Shown here: one piece after another, positions 54,284-62,197 of the stretch
Layout of the letters: each line of letters begins with the position of its first letter
How positions within the stretch are numbered: position 1 is the first letter of the stretch
IMG/VR virus record: IMGVR_UViG_3300037478_000621
Coordinates: 2,403 to 66,402 of that record
Origin: a virus
Taxonomy: Duplodnaviria; Caudoviricetes
Length of the DNA: 64,000 nucleotides
Reading direction: 5' to 3' (one strand)
Program-made: the position numbers and the translations under genes
The notes under the pieces: model-generated
What the model was told of the DNA's origin: nothing
Seen by the model: the letters and a program-made list of their open reading frames with translations, nothing else
Database searches by the model: none

Positions 54284-54507
54284 CGGAGCAGCTCCTGAGC
54301 CTGCGGCGTCTTGAGCTGCCGCCGGAGGCAGACGAGGCACTCGTCGCTCGGCCCGACCGACAGGTGGCCGCGCGCCGGCATCCCGCACGCCGGCTTCACG
54401 GGCCGGAGCTCGAGCTCGTAGAGGTGCCAGATCAGAAAGGCGCCCTCGGCGAACGGGTGCCAGTCCGTCCCCGGCGGGGGGTCGAGCTTGACCTGCGCCA
54501 GGCTCAT
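54280..54507 (-). CDS. Zn-finger hypothetical
   Basis: WH…CG…CLVC. Confidence 0.5.
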   Translation of the reverse strand: MSLAQVKLDPPPGTDWHPFAEGAFLIWHLYELELRPVKPACGMPARGHLSVGPSDECLVCLRRQLKTPQAQELLR

Positions 54508-54680
54508 CAGCCCCAGACCTCGCTCCGCTTGAGTTCGCGCGGCCGCTTGAGCCGCTCCTCGTCGGTGAGGTATTCCAGGACCAGGTCCATGACGCCAAGT
54601 CGGTAGAGCGGATCGGGGCGACACGGGGGCAGGACCGGGATCTCGCGGGTCCGCGGCGTGGCGGTGCGCGAGCGGGTCAT
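54507..54680 (-). CDS. 57-aa hypothetical (not in the track)
   Basis: MTRSRTATP…; ATGA-coupled, RBS GGAG. Confidence 0.45.
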   Translation of the reverse strand: MTRSRTATPRTREIPVLPPCRPDPLYRLGVMDLVLEYLTDEERLKRPRELKRSEVWG

Positions 54681-55039
54681 CCTCGCTCCACCCAGAGCAG
54701 GAACGTCTCCAGGATGCCGGGGCCGAACGGACGCTGAACGCTTCGCACCCCGCCCTCGGTGAGGATTGCCGACATGGCCGCGGCGCCGGAGGGGTTAAAG
54801 CTATGGATCCAGACCAGCGGCGCGAGTGGCACGTTGCCGGCGATGTGCCTGGCCACGTCTTGCCCGTCGCCCGCGTTGGGCCCGAGATCGTGGTCGAGAA
54901 AGATCGCGTCGAATCGCTCGCCGCTGAGCCGTTCGATGGCGGTAGGCGCATCGAGGGCGAACGTGAGATCGTGGTCGGCCAGCTTCTCGGCGAACATGTC
55001 GCGCCGGTACTGTTCGTCCTCGAGGATGAGGATCTTCAT
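54677..55039 (-). CDS. Stand-alone receiver-fold protein of the cyclic-phosphate-processing type
   Basis: 'ILEDE…FLDHDLG…DG…WIHSFNP.G..AM'; DHDLG and HSxN are typical of that subfamily. Confidence 0.7.
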   Translation of the reverse strand: MKILILEDEQYRRDMFAEKLADHDLTFALDAPTAIERLSGERFDAIFLDHDLGPNAGDGQDVARHIAGNVPLAPLVWIHSFNPSGAAAMSAILTEGGVRSVQRPFGPGILETFLLWVERG

Positions 55040-55212
55040 GGCTTCGCGTCCCCGTCCCGCCAGCGTACTGACGAGTCCATCCGGTCTGGCGAGATGACCG
55101 TGAGCGAGAGCCCCTCAATGCGGCCAGCGGCATATTCGTCGGTGAGCCAGCGGAGGTGCTTCTCGATGGCCTCGCGGCCGGAGACGACCTGGTGGCCGGG
55201 CTCGCGTGCCAT
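55036..55212 (-). CDS. 58-aa hypothetical (not in the track)
   Basis: MAREPGHQVVSGREAIEKHLRWL…; coupled. Confidence 0.5.
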   Translation of the reverse strand: MAREPGHQVVSGREAIEKHLRWLTDEYAAGRIEGLSLTVISPDRMDSSVRWRDGDAKP

Positions 55213-55508
55213 CAGTCGAGCTCCAACAGCGAACCACGAACCGCGGTCGCGTCGTCGGCGGCCATCCGCGCCAACTCGTATCGGTGCTCAGACTCGGCGG
55301 TCTGCTCGACGTGGACATGCGTCCCGAGGGCCTCGGCGACCGCGACGAGCTTGTTCGCGCACCGGGGGCAGACCTCGACGGGCCCCGATGGCCAGTGGAC
55401 GCGTACGTCGGCGAGGAAGTCGCACGAGCTGGTGCCGCAGATCGTCGGCGAGCCGGCGACCGTGATCAGCTGGTCGGCCACCAGGCAGAGGTAGGCGGGC
55501 TCGCTCAC
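55212..55508 (-). CDS. Zn-finger hypothetical
   Basis: CGTSSC…HWP…CPRC. Confidence 0.55.
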   Translation of the reverse strand: MSEPAYLCLVADQLITVAGSPTICGTSSCDFLADVRVHWPSGPVEVCPRCANKLVAVAEALGTHVHVEQTAESEHRYELARMAADDATAVRGSLLELD

Positions 55509-55705
55509 GGGCGCCTCATCAGGTCGGCGATGCAGGCCCGTCCGCCGATGAAGATATAGGGCGTCCACCACCCGGTGAGCGGCAGCGGCCACCCGAGGAG
55601 CGCGAACGAGATGCGACGGCCCGTCTCGACGTCAACGACCCGAGCCAGTCGAAAGCAGAACCACTGCAGAAGGCAGAAGTTGAGGAGACCGAGCGGGGTC
55701 AGCAC
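55505..55705 (-). CDS. Small hydrophobic hypothetical
   Basis: MLTPLGLLNFCLLQWF…; GTG start. Confidence 0.45.
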   Translation of the reverse strand: MLTPLGLLNFCLLQWFCFRLARVVDVETGRRISFALLGWPLPLTGWWTPYIFIGGRACIADLMRRP

Positions 55706-56025
55706 GCGATCACCTCGCCGCCGCGGACCCAGCCATGCCAGCCGCAGCCGCCGATGCGCTGCAGCGACGGGCTCAGCGTGAGCGCCTCGAAGGTGTCGCC
55801 GGTGCGCTGCCACGTCGGCTCCCCGGGATCGGTGTAGGGCGCGCCCCCGTCGAGGGGGTTCGAGAGAGCGACGTAGACTTTCTCATCGCAGCCGCACGGG
55901 CAGTCGAAGGCGAGGCCGACCCCGCGGCGCTCGGGCGCTGGCATGAGGCTGCCGTCTGGCTGCCGGCGAGAGATGCCAGCGCCGCCGGCGCCGAACCACG
56001 AGGGGTTGAGGTCCGTGAGCTTCAT
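55699..56025 (-). CDS. DUF6527-like Cys/His metal-binding protein
   Basis: 'FDCPCGC…W…LTLSPSL…GCGWHGWVRGG'. Confidence 0.65.
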   Translation of the reverse strand: MKLTDLNPSWFGAGGAGISRRQPDGSLMPAPERRGVGLAFDCPCGCDEKVYVALSNPLDGGAPYTDPGEPTWQRTGDTFEALTLSPSLQRIGGCGWHGWVRGGEVIAC

Positions 56026-56252
56026 CGCCGGCACCCAGCGCAGAGCCCGAAGCGATCTCGCTCGTTGGTCCGGCGGCCGCAGCCCTGGCAGTACAAGTGG
56101 ACGCGGCCGGTGACGAAGCGCGGCGCCTCAGGCGGGCCCGCCGGCGGCGTGACCGTGACCGTGACATCGACCATCCGGCCATTGACCCCGACTGTGGTGT
56201 GCATCGGGTTTGCCCTCACGACGGCAACTCCCTCACGTCGTCCATGAGCCAC
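56022..56252 (-). CDS. Small Zn-finger hypothetical
   Basis: CQGC…CAGC; start uncertain. Confidence 0.45.
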   Translation of the reverse strand: MAHGRREGVAVVRANPMHTTVGVNGRMVDVTVTVTPPAGPPEAPRFVTGRVHLYCQGCGRRTNERDRFGLCAGCRR

Positions 56253-56398
56253 ACCACCACGTCGTCGCCGGGCTCCAGCTCCTCGGAGCCGTCATCGGGA
56301 CGGCGCGCGAGCTCGACGCGAGACCCGGTGGCGGTATCGCGCAGGATCACCGTCTCACCGGTAACCACGAGGCAGACGCCCTCGAGGAAGCGATCCAT
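56216..56398 (-). CDS. 60-aa hypothetical
   Basis: ATG 56398 with RBS GGAGG. Confidence 0.5.
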   Translation of the reverse strand: MDRFLEGVCLVVTGETVILRDTATGSRVELARRPDDGSEELEPGDDVVVWLMDDVRELPS

Positions 56399-56751
56399 CA
56401 GCGGACCTCGGTCTTTTGCTCGTGGAAGGTCGCTTCGCGTACCTTGCGATCGCTGCGGAAGCACTGCGGGGTGACGGCGTGGACGCCACGCCACCAGCCC
56501 CATCGATCCGCCGCGCGCCGAGCCTCCTCGCAGGTCTGCCAGGTGTCGCTGCAGAGCACGACTAGCTCGGCGTTGCCGCGGATGGCCTGAGCGCAGTATC
56601 GCGGCAGGGTCGCGCCCGGGCTCGGCACCATTAGCGCCGGCGCCCGCGGCGCGCAGCTCGTGAGCAGGTGGGCCCAGAGGATCGCGACCAGGGCGAGGAC
56701 CGCGTAGACGACCGGCGCTGGGCCGCGCGGGGCCGGCAACAGCGGGCTCAC
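56398..56751 (-). CDS. Putative lipoprotein
   Basis: Hydrophobic stretch then 'LLTSC' lipobox; further paired Cys. Confidence 0.55.
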   Translation of the reverse strand: MSPLLPAPRGPAPVVYAVLALVAILWAHLLTSCAPRAPALMVPSPGATLPRYCAQAIRGNAELVVLCSDTWQTCEEARRAADRWGWWRGVHAVTPQCFRSDRKVREATFHEQKTEVR

Positions 56752-56909
56752 CGGCGGCGCTCCTTGCACGTCCGCTGCGTGTCCCTGGTCGTATCGCTGG
56801 GCGCCGCCGTCTCCGGGGTGCGCGGGCAGATACTGCTGCCGCCGCAGGCCGAGAGGAGAACGGCGGCCAACCCGACAGCCAGGGCAAGAGCCACGAGCAG
56901 GCGGATCAC
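56748..56909 (-). CDS. 53-aa lipoprotein (not in the track)
   Basis: MIRLLVALALAVGLAAVLLSAC GGSSICPRTPET…; LSAC lipobox; GTGA overlaps at both ends. Confidence 0.6.
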   Translation of the reverse strand: MIRLLVALALAVGLAAVLLSACGGSSICPRTPETAAPSDTTRDTQRTCKERRR

Positions 56910-57235
56910 GGCGTTGCCCCCGTCGCCCGTTCCAACCTTCGCAATGACTTCTCGATGTGCCGGTACCGCTCAGCGTTGACCGCGTCCGACTGCTGGAGCT
57001 CGGTCACGTCCTCCTTGAGCGGCGCGATGGCCTTCACCGCGGTGTCATGGTCCCGGACCTTGACCAGCGCCGTGGCCGTTCCACCGATGGCCGCGACGAC
57101 GCCCAGGACCAGCAGCGTGGACCAGACGCGCGACCAGTCGATCGGCAGATGCAGCCCGGGCCGGGCATCGGCCGCCGCCGCGGCGCGCGCCACGCCGTTG
57201 GCGTGACCCGGCTCGGTCTGGTGGCGGTCGGCCAC
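56906..57235 (-). CDS. Single-TM coiled-coil protein (holin/antiholin-like)
   Basis: 'WSTLLVLGVVAAIGGTATAL' followed by a coiled coil; inside the lysis block. Confidence 0.5.
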   Translation of the reverse strand: MADRHQTEPGHANGVARAAAAADARPGLHLPIDWSRVWSTLLVLGVVAAIGGTATALVKVRDHDTAVKAIAPLKEDVTELQQSDAVNAERYRHIEKSLRRLERATGATP

Positions 57236-57239
57236 CGGA

Positions 57240-57746
57240 TCAGCCTCGTTTGGTGAAGATCTTGGTCAGCTCGCGGACCAGGACGGCGAGCGGTGGCCCA
57301 GCGCCGACGATCAGCGACTCGTAGGCGCTGCCGCCCGCCACGTAGTGGTCGAGGAACCCAGCGGTGACACCGAGTCCGAGCGCAACCCACGGTAGCCAAG
57401 TCTTGCCCCATTCGGTCCACTGCTTGCGGATCCGCAGGACGACGCCGAGGAGGACGAAGGTAGCCGAGAGCAGAAGTCCGGCGACGGCGAGACGAGTGGG
57501 GGCGCCGGCCTTCTGCGCCGCCCGCAGCGCGTCGTAGCTCGCTTTGAGCTCCGCGAGATGCTTGAGGAGCTCCGCGTTGGTGGGTGCCTTATCGACTGTC
57601 GGCTCGCCAACGCCGGCGTCGGCCGCCGGCGCATCGATGCCCGCGTCGAGCTCGGCGCCGGCATCCTGGGCATGGGCATCGGAAGTGAGCATCGGCGCGA
57701 AGCCGGCGGCAGCGCAGACGAGCAGAGCGAGTACGTGGCGCATCAT
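57240..57746 (-). CDS. Holin-like membrane protein with signal peptide
   Basis: Signal peptide ending AHA-Q, DAG repeats, then 2-3 TM helices. Confidence 0.55.
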   Translation of the reverse strand: MMRHVLALLVCAAAGFAPMLTSDAHAQDAGAELDAGIDAPAADAGVGEPTVDKAPTNAELLKHLAELKASYDALRAAQKAGAPTRLAVAGLLLSATFVLLGVVLRIRKQWTEWGKTWLPWVALGLGVTAGFLDHYVAGGSAYESLIVGAGPPLAVLVRELTKIFTKRG

Positions 57747-58081
57747 GGCGAGGTCTCCTCGGTGGAATTGACCGGGGCGCGGCAGTGCGCCTCGGCTCGG
57801 GACACGAAATCGAAGTAGGCGGCCAAGAGCCGAATCAGCTGCTGGGCGCCGGCGTGCGAGTAGCAGCGCCCGGCCGGCCCACCCTCGGGGCACGCGACCT
57901 CCTCGGGCGCAACGAGCCCCGCAATGGGCGCGATGCCGTTGGCGGTCAAGCAGTCGCGCTCGACCACAACGACAGAAGCCCGCGGCGGCTGCGGCGGAGG
58001 CTTCTTGCAGCAGCCGGCAACCAGGGCAACAAGGAAAATCGGTAGCAGGCCCAGGAGTCGAACCTGGCTAGCGAGGCACAT
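57743..58081 (-). CDS. o-spanin-like lipoprotein
   Basis: 'LVAGC' lipobox followed by Pro-rich CKKPPPQPP; follows an i-spanin-like gene. Confidence 0.65.
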   Translation of the reverse strand: MCLASQVRLLGLLPIFLVALVAGCCKKPPPQPPRASVVVVERDCLTANGIAPIAGLVAPEEVACPEGGPAGRCYSHAGAQQLIRLLAAYFDFVSRAEAHCRAPVNSTEETSP

Positions 58082-58113
58082 GAACCCCCGCTGGCGTCCC
58101 CGCCTGCCCTGCG

Positions 58114-58446
58114 TCATGACCCGAACCCCTTCGCCATCGCCGCTTCGAGCTCGCTGGCGATATCGTTGAGGGCCGCCCTGCCCTCGGGCGTGTCGGGCGC
58201 CTCGTCGATCAACCGAATGCGCGCCCGCTCGAGCGCCTTGCGAAGCCCGTCAACCTCGGCCCGGTAGGCCCTCTTGGTTTCCACCAGCTCGGCCTCGGTG
58301 GTCTGGAGGTCGGTCTCCGCCGAGTCGCGGTCCGCAATCGCCAAGATCCGCTCGCGCTCAGCGGTCCGGCGCCCTTCCGCATCGGCGCGGACCCAAAGAA
58401 CCAGGCCGCCGATGATGGCCAGGGCGACGATGAAAGCGGCGACCAC
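58114..58446 (-). CDS. i-spanin-like protein
   Basis: N-terminal TM (AAFIVALAIIGGLVLW) plus a long coiled coil. Confidence 0.65.
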   Translation of the reverse strand: MVAAFIVALAIIGGLVLWVRADAEGRRTAERERILAIADRDSAETDLQTTEAELVETKRAYRAEVDGLRKALERARIRLIDEAPDTPEGRAALNDIASELEAAMAKGFGS

Positions 58447-58479
58447 ACGGCATCGTCCCGTGTGAAATTCCGCGGGGTA

Positions 58480-58496
58480 AGAGAACGCCAGTTCAC
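58480..58496. promoter_or_regulatory. 17-bp box copy 3 (AGAGAACGCCAGTTCAC)
   Basis: Between the divergent lysis block and moron; GTTCAC sits 17 nt before -10 TAGACT (58514-19). Confidence 0.75.
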
Positions 58497-58525
58497 GTGG
58501 CGCGCAAGTGCGCTAGACTAGGTCG

Positions 58526-59041
58526 ATGCGTCTTTGGGTGGCGGGATTGGTGGCAGCTTCTGCAGTGGCGAGCGCGGCCATGGCTGGCGACAAGCCGCCG
58601 ACCCGACCAGGCAATCTCTACTGCGCCTTCATGGAGAGCGGAGAGTGGCCGATTTCGTCGATCTGTTTCGACGAGAAGGACGAATGCGAGCAGGTTCGCA
58701 AGCGCGCTTGGAAGAGCGAGCTAAACAAAGCTGCAAAGTGCGAGCTTCAAACCAAGGTTGAATGGCACTGCTACACGTACAACGAGGGCCAAGGCAAGAG
58801 AGGCTGGTGCCTGCCGTCGAAGGAGTTGTGCGCGCTCGATAAGGCTTCGCGCGACAAGGCCGGGCGGACGCTTCGCCGCTACCAGTCAACCGACTGCAAA
58901 CCGCGAGCGCCGGCCTTTGTTCATTGCTTCAAGCGGCGATACAAGAAGAGCCACGTCTGCTTCACAGAGGCGAAGCAGTGCCAGGATCTCAGTAAAAAGG
59001 GGTGTTACAGCCCAGCGGTGCCCTCGAAGGAATCCCCGTGA
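58526..59041 (+). CDS. Moron: secreted Cys-rich basic protein with three repeated Cys modules
   Basis: Signal peptide (VAGLVAASAVASAAMA); repeating C-F/Y…C(F/L)…CE/Q…C spacing; less GC-rich. Confidence 0.75.
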   Translation: MRLWVAGLVAASAVASAAMAGDKPPTRPGNLYCAFMESGEWPISSICFDEKDECEQVRKRAWKSELNKAAKCELQTKVEWHCYTYNEGQGKRGWCLPSKELCALDKASRDKAGRTLRRYQSTDCKPRAPAFVHCFKRRYKKSHVCFTEAKQCQDLSKKGCYSPAVPSKESP

Positions 59042-59475
59042 GGGCGTGCGCGCTCGCCGCCCTCCTCGCCGGCTGCTGCCCCGCCGCGATCGTCGGGGAG
59101 GATGTCGAGCCGCCGCCGGGTGCCGACGAGGCCCTCGAGATGGTTCACGCCGAGTACACGGCCGCCTTCGACAGCCCGCGGCGCGAGGTGTCGATCAGCT
59201 GGGTCGCCTCCATCGAGACCGGCGAAGGGCCCCGGCTCGGCTGGTCGACTTCCTGCGGCGACATCTGGATCGCCGTCAGCGATGGCGACGCCCCCTCCGA
59301 CACCAGCCTCGCCCACGAGGTCGCCCACTGCTACGCCTCGCACATGCCAGCCGAGGGCTGCGGTGGGTACGACGACAGCCACTCCGAGGTGTGGATCTGG
59401 GGAGAGACTGCGGCGCGTGGCGATGGCGGCCTCGTCGATGACATCCGCTACCTCCTGGCGGACGCCGGGCTCTAG
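59038..59475 (+). CDS. Moron: lipoprotein with HExxH zinc-metallopeptidase motif
   Basis: GTGA-coupled; 'LLAGC' lipobox; 'SLAHEVAHC' and a downstream His (DDSH). Confidence 0.75.
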   Translation: MRACALAALLAGCCPAAIVGEDVEPPPGADEALEMVHAEYTAAFDSPRREVSISWVASIETGEGPRLGWSTSCGDIWIAVSDGDAPSDTSLAHEVAHCYASHMPAEGCGGYDDSHSEVWIWGETAARGDGGLVDDIRYLLADAGL

Positions 59476-59487
59476 CCCCCCGCTGCG

Positions 59488-60504
59488 CTACGGCTGGCGA
59501 TCGAAGCGGGTCTCGAAGTAACTGATCGTCGCCGTTCCGGCGGGGTTGATTCCTCGCGCCCTCAGCCAATACGTCGTGTTGGCGACGATCTCGATCGGTG
59601 ATGCTGGGGTGATAACCAGTTCCCCGACTGCGTTGAGCTGGATCGCATCGAGCAGCGAAAACACGCCCGCATTACGATCCCGGCTCTCGATCGACAGCTC
59701 CACGTTGACGCTGTCAGGGTTGAGGCGGATGTACATCGACGCCCGAGTGAGTCGCTGGCCGGCGAACAGGGGGACAGGGACCAGCCACTCGTCGCCGTCG
59801 TCGAGGAGCAGCTGACCACCGGAGAGCGATGGCGTGCCGGCCTCGGGCGAGCCGAGTGCGGCCGCCATGGGCAGAACCTCCTGCCCGAACCGACTCCGCA
59901 GGTCGGTCACGTCGGCCGCGTTGATCTCCGTCGCCGCGGCCGCCACGGCGATCTCGGCGACGACTACCTCGCCCGCCGGCGGCGCCGGCGCCACCGGTAC
60001 CGCGCCCGGCACACCCGGGGTGTAGGTGACGGTCAACTTCGTCCGGCGGCGCTTGTTGAAGCTCTGGCTCAAGATCTCCCCGGTCGCCGAGTCCTTGTAG
60101 ATCCGAGTCTCCGGGTCGCCGAAGTCACTGTCTTCGACCTTCGCCGACAGCACGTCGATACGCGGATTGGTCGCGTCGGCCGCGTCCACGGTGAACGTGT
60201 CGTCGGCGCCGAGCTGGTGAAGCAAGAACTGCGGATCGGTGCCGCCTGGATCGCTGCCGAGGTCGAAAAGGATCGGAGCGCCACCGGTGACGGTCACGTT
60301 CATCGAGAGGCCGTCGGCAACGACCTTGAGCGCGTCTCCGAAGGTGCGCAGCGTGGCGCCGCCGGCGAGGGTGTGCTCCCAGATCTGGGCCAGGCGACGA
60401 AGGAGCAACAGCTGAGCGTTGTTTTGATCGACGACCGAGCCGATCTCGGTAGCGTTTCTCTGGACGGTTGCGGGTGCAGTGTAGGTTTGGCTGAGTTGGG
60501 CCAT
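59488..60504 (-). CDS. Tail fibre / baseplate-attached protein
   Basis: 'DATNPRIDVL…PAPPAGEVVVAEIAVAAAATEINAADVTDLR' fibre-attachment motif; follows the wedge genes. Confidence 0.7.
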   Translation of the reverse strand: MAQLSQTYTAPATVQRNATEIGSVVDQNNAQLLLLRRLAQIWEHTLAGGATLRTFGDALKVVADGLSMNVTVTGGAPILFDLGSDPGGTDPQFLLHQLGADDTFTVDAADATNPRIDVLSAKVEDSDFGDPETRIYKDSATGEILSQSFNKRRRTKLTVTYTPGVPGAVPVAPAPPAGEVVVAEIAVAAAATEINAADVTDLRSRFGQEVLPMAAALGSPEAGTPSLSGGQLLLDDGDEWLVPVPLFAGQRLTRASMYIRLNPDSVNVELSIESRDRNAGVFSLLDAIQLNAVGELVITPASPIEIVANTTYWLRARGINPAGTATISYFETRFDRQP

Positions 60505-61118
60505 CAGGAAACGACCTCCACGGAGTGAATGATGCCGCCAGCCTTGGCGACTCGAACAGCATCAGAGATAGCAGAAACGGTTGCGCTCGAGGCACCCGCA
60601 GAAAGGATGACAATGAACGCCGAAGAAACGGCCGGGGAGAGATAGCCGTAGTCCTCGGGGTTGCCGTGATCAAAGCCGTACCCCTCAGCCTCTGCGATGG
60701 TCGCCGTCGGCTCAGGATCAAAATAGGCGTCCCTCGGAAGCTCAACGAGCCGCGCGCTGCCCGCGACTCCAGCCGAGGTAAGCAACCGATCAGCGATGGC
60801 CAAAATGGCCACCGGCGTGATGAGATCCTCGGGGCTGCGGATGCGGTCGCGAAACTCGCTCTCGGCCTCACCGGACTGCTGGTAGATCCCGCGGTCGCGT
60901 CCATGCTGGCGAAGCCATGCGCCGTCGGCATGCTGGATATACGTCATCCGCACCCAGTCGAGCCCTTGAGCCATCACAGTCGCGTAGACATCGGCGATGG
61001 CGTGGAGCACCTCTTGGGCACGCGCGCGCGAGAAGAATGACCGCGGCAGGCTGCCGCGGAGATGGGCCAGGATGATCTCCTTGTCGGTCTGGCCGACTGG
61101 AAGGGTAAAGGCAGGCAT
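60504..61118 (-). CDS. Baseplate wedge protein (P2 I / Mu gp48-like)
   Basis: 'YIQHADGAWL…GIYQQSGEAESEFRDRI'; follows baseplate J. Confidence 0.7.
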   Translation of the reverse strand: MPAFTLPVGQTDKEIILAHLRGSLPRSFFSRARAQEVLHAIADVYATVMAQGLDWVRMTYIQHADGAWLRQHGRDRGIYQQSGEAESEFRDRIRSPEDLITPVAILAIADRLLTSAGVAGSARLVELPRDAYFDPEPTATIAEAEGYGFDHGNPEDYGYLSPAVSSAFIVILSAGASSATVSAISDAVRVAKAGGIIHSVEVVS

Positions 61119-62197
61119 CAGCTAACCGTGGTCTGAGACAACTCGGCCCGGATGACCTCGCTGGGGGCGGGCACGATGTCGGCAGCAGGGCTGTTGACGG
61201 TCACGCCGACGATGGCCTCGCGATCGACGTTCCGCACTGCGCCCTCGATGAGCCCGCGATGGAGCGTGTCGCCCGGGCGCAGCCGGCGCACCGCGGCCAC
61301 GATGGCCCGTCGCACCGAGTCGGCGATGGCCGCCACGTCCACGCCGGCCCGCACCGAGAGCGATACATCGATGGGCACGACGACGCGCACGCCGCCGGTC
61401 ACCGTGACCAGGGCGCCGACCGCGCGCCAGCTGAGCAGCTCGAGCTCGACAGCGTCCACCATCTGCGCGTTGCTGTTCCCGTCGGCGTCGCTCGCGAACA
61501 GCGTGCAGAGCCCAACCTCGTCCTCGACGGCAGTCGCCCGGGTCACTGCGGCAACCTTGCGAGCACCGCGCTCGAGGGCCTCGAAAGTCCCCCGCTGTGC
61601 GGTGCGATGGAAGCCGCGATACTCGGCGCGGAAGTCCTCGTCGGACTGCTCGTCGGAGCCGCCGGCGAAGCGCTCAGCATTGGACACCGTGATCGAGGTA
61701 TCGAACACGGCATCGAGAACGCGGTTGACCTCGAGGGCGGACACGTTCCCATCGCGCCCGGCGTCCACCGCGGTCGCAGCGACCGTGACCGAGAGATCGG
61801 AGGCACCGAAGACGGCGTCCACGTCGGAGGTGAACGTCTGGAAGGCGCCCGTCGCATCCGGTGTGGTCCCTACGGTCGCCCCGGCCTCGATGGTCCCGGC
61901 GCCGCCGGCCGCCGTGGGCCGCGTGAAGGTCGCTTGACCAATCGCCTGGGCGGCCTCGTCGCGCTGAATGCTCGAGTGATCCTCGATGAGGGTCGTCAAG
62001 TCGTCGCCCTCGGCGCCATCGACGAACGTCGCCTTGATGCGGCCGGCGATGAACCCGAGCACCAGGTCGGCCGCCGCGGTCCCAGCCGACTCGAGCATCT
62101 CGGAGATGTCGCCCTCCTCTGCCTCCAGATCTGGGCGCAGGGTCAAAAGCTCGGCGCGGAACTGAGCGCGCAGGTCTGCGAGGCTAGGAGCTGCCAC
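61118..62197 (-). CDS. Baseplate J-like protein
   Basis: 'AVDAGRDGNV…FAGGSDEQSDEDFRAEY…RGTFEAL' J-family signature. Confidence 0.9.
   Translation of the reverse strand: MAAPSLADLRAQFRAELLTLRPDLEAEEGDISEMLESAGTAAADLVLGFIAGRIKATFVDGAEGDDLTTLIEDHSSIQRDEAAQAIGQATFTRPTAAGGAGTIEAGATVGTTPDATGAFQTFTSDVDAVFGASDLSVTVAATAVDAGRDGNVSALEVNRVLDAVFDTSITVSNAERFAGGSDEQSDEDFRAEYRGFHRTAQRGTFEALERGARKVAAVTRATAVEDEVGLCTLFASDADGNSNAQMVDAVELELLSWRAVGALVTVTGGVRVVVPIDVSLSVRAGVDVAAIADSVRRAIVAAVRRLRPGDTLHRGLIEGAVRNVDREAIVGVTVNSPAADIVPAPSEVIRAELSQTTVS

Noticed and set aside
59488-60504. Invertible tail-fibre cassette or diversity-generating retroelement linked to the serine recombinase
   Set aside because: No inverted alternative fibre ends, no flanking inverted repeats and no reverse transcriptase were seen; the unseen part of the genome cannot be assessed.
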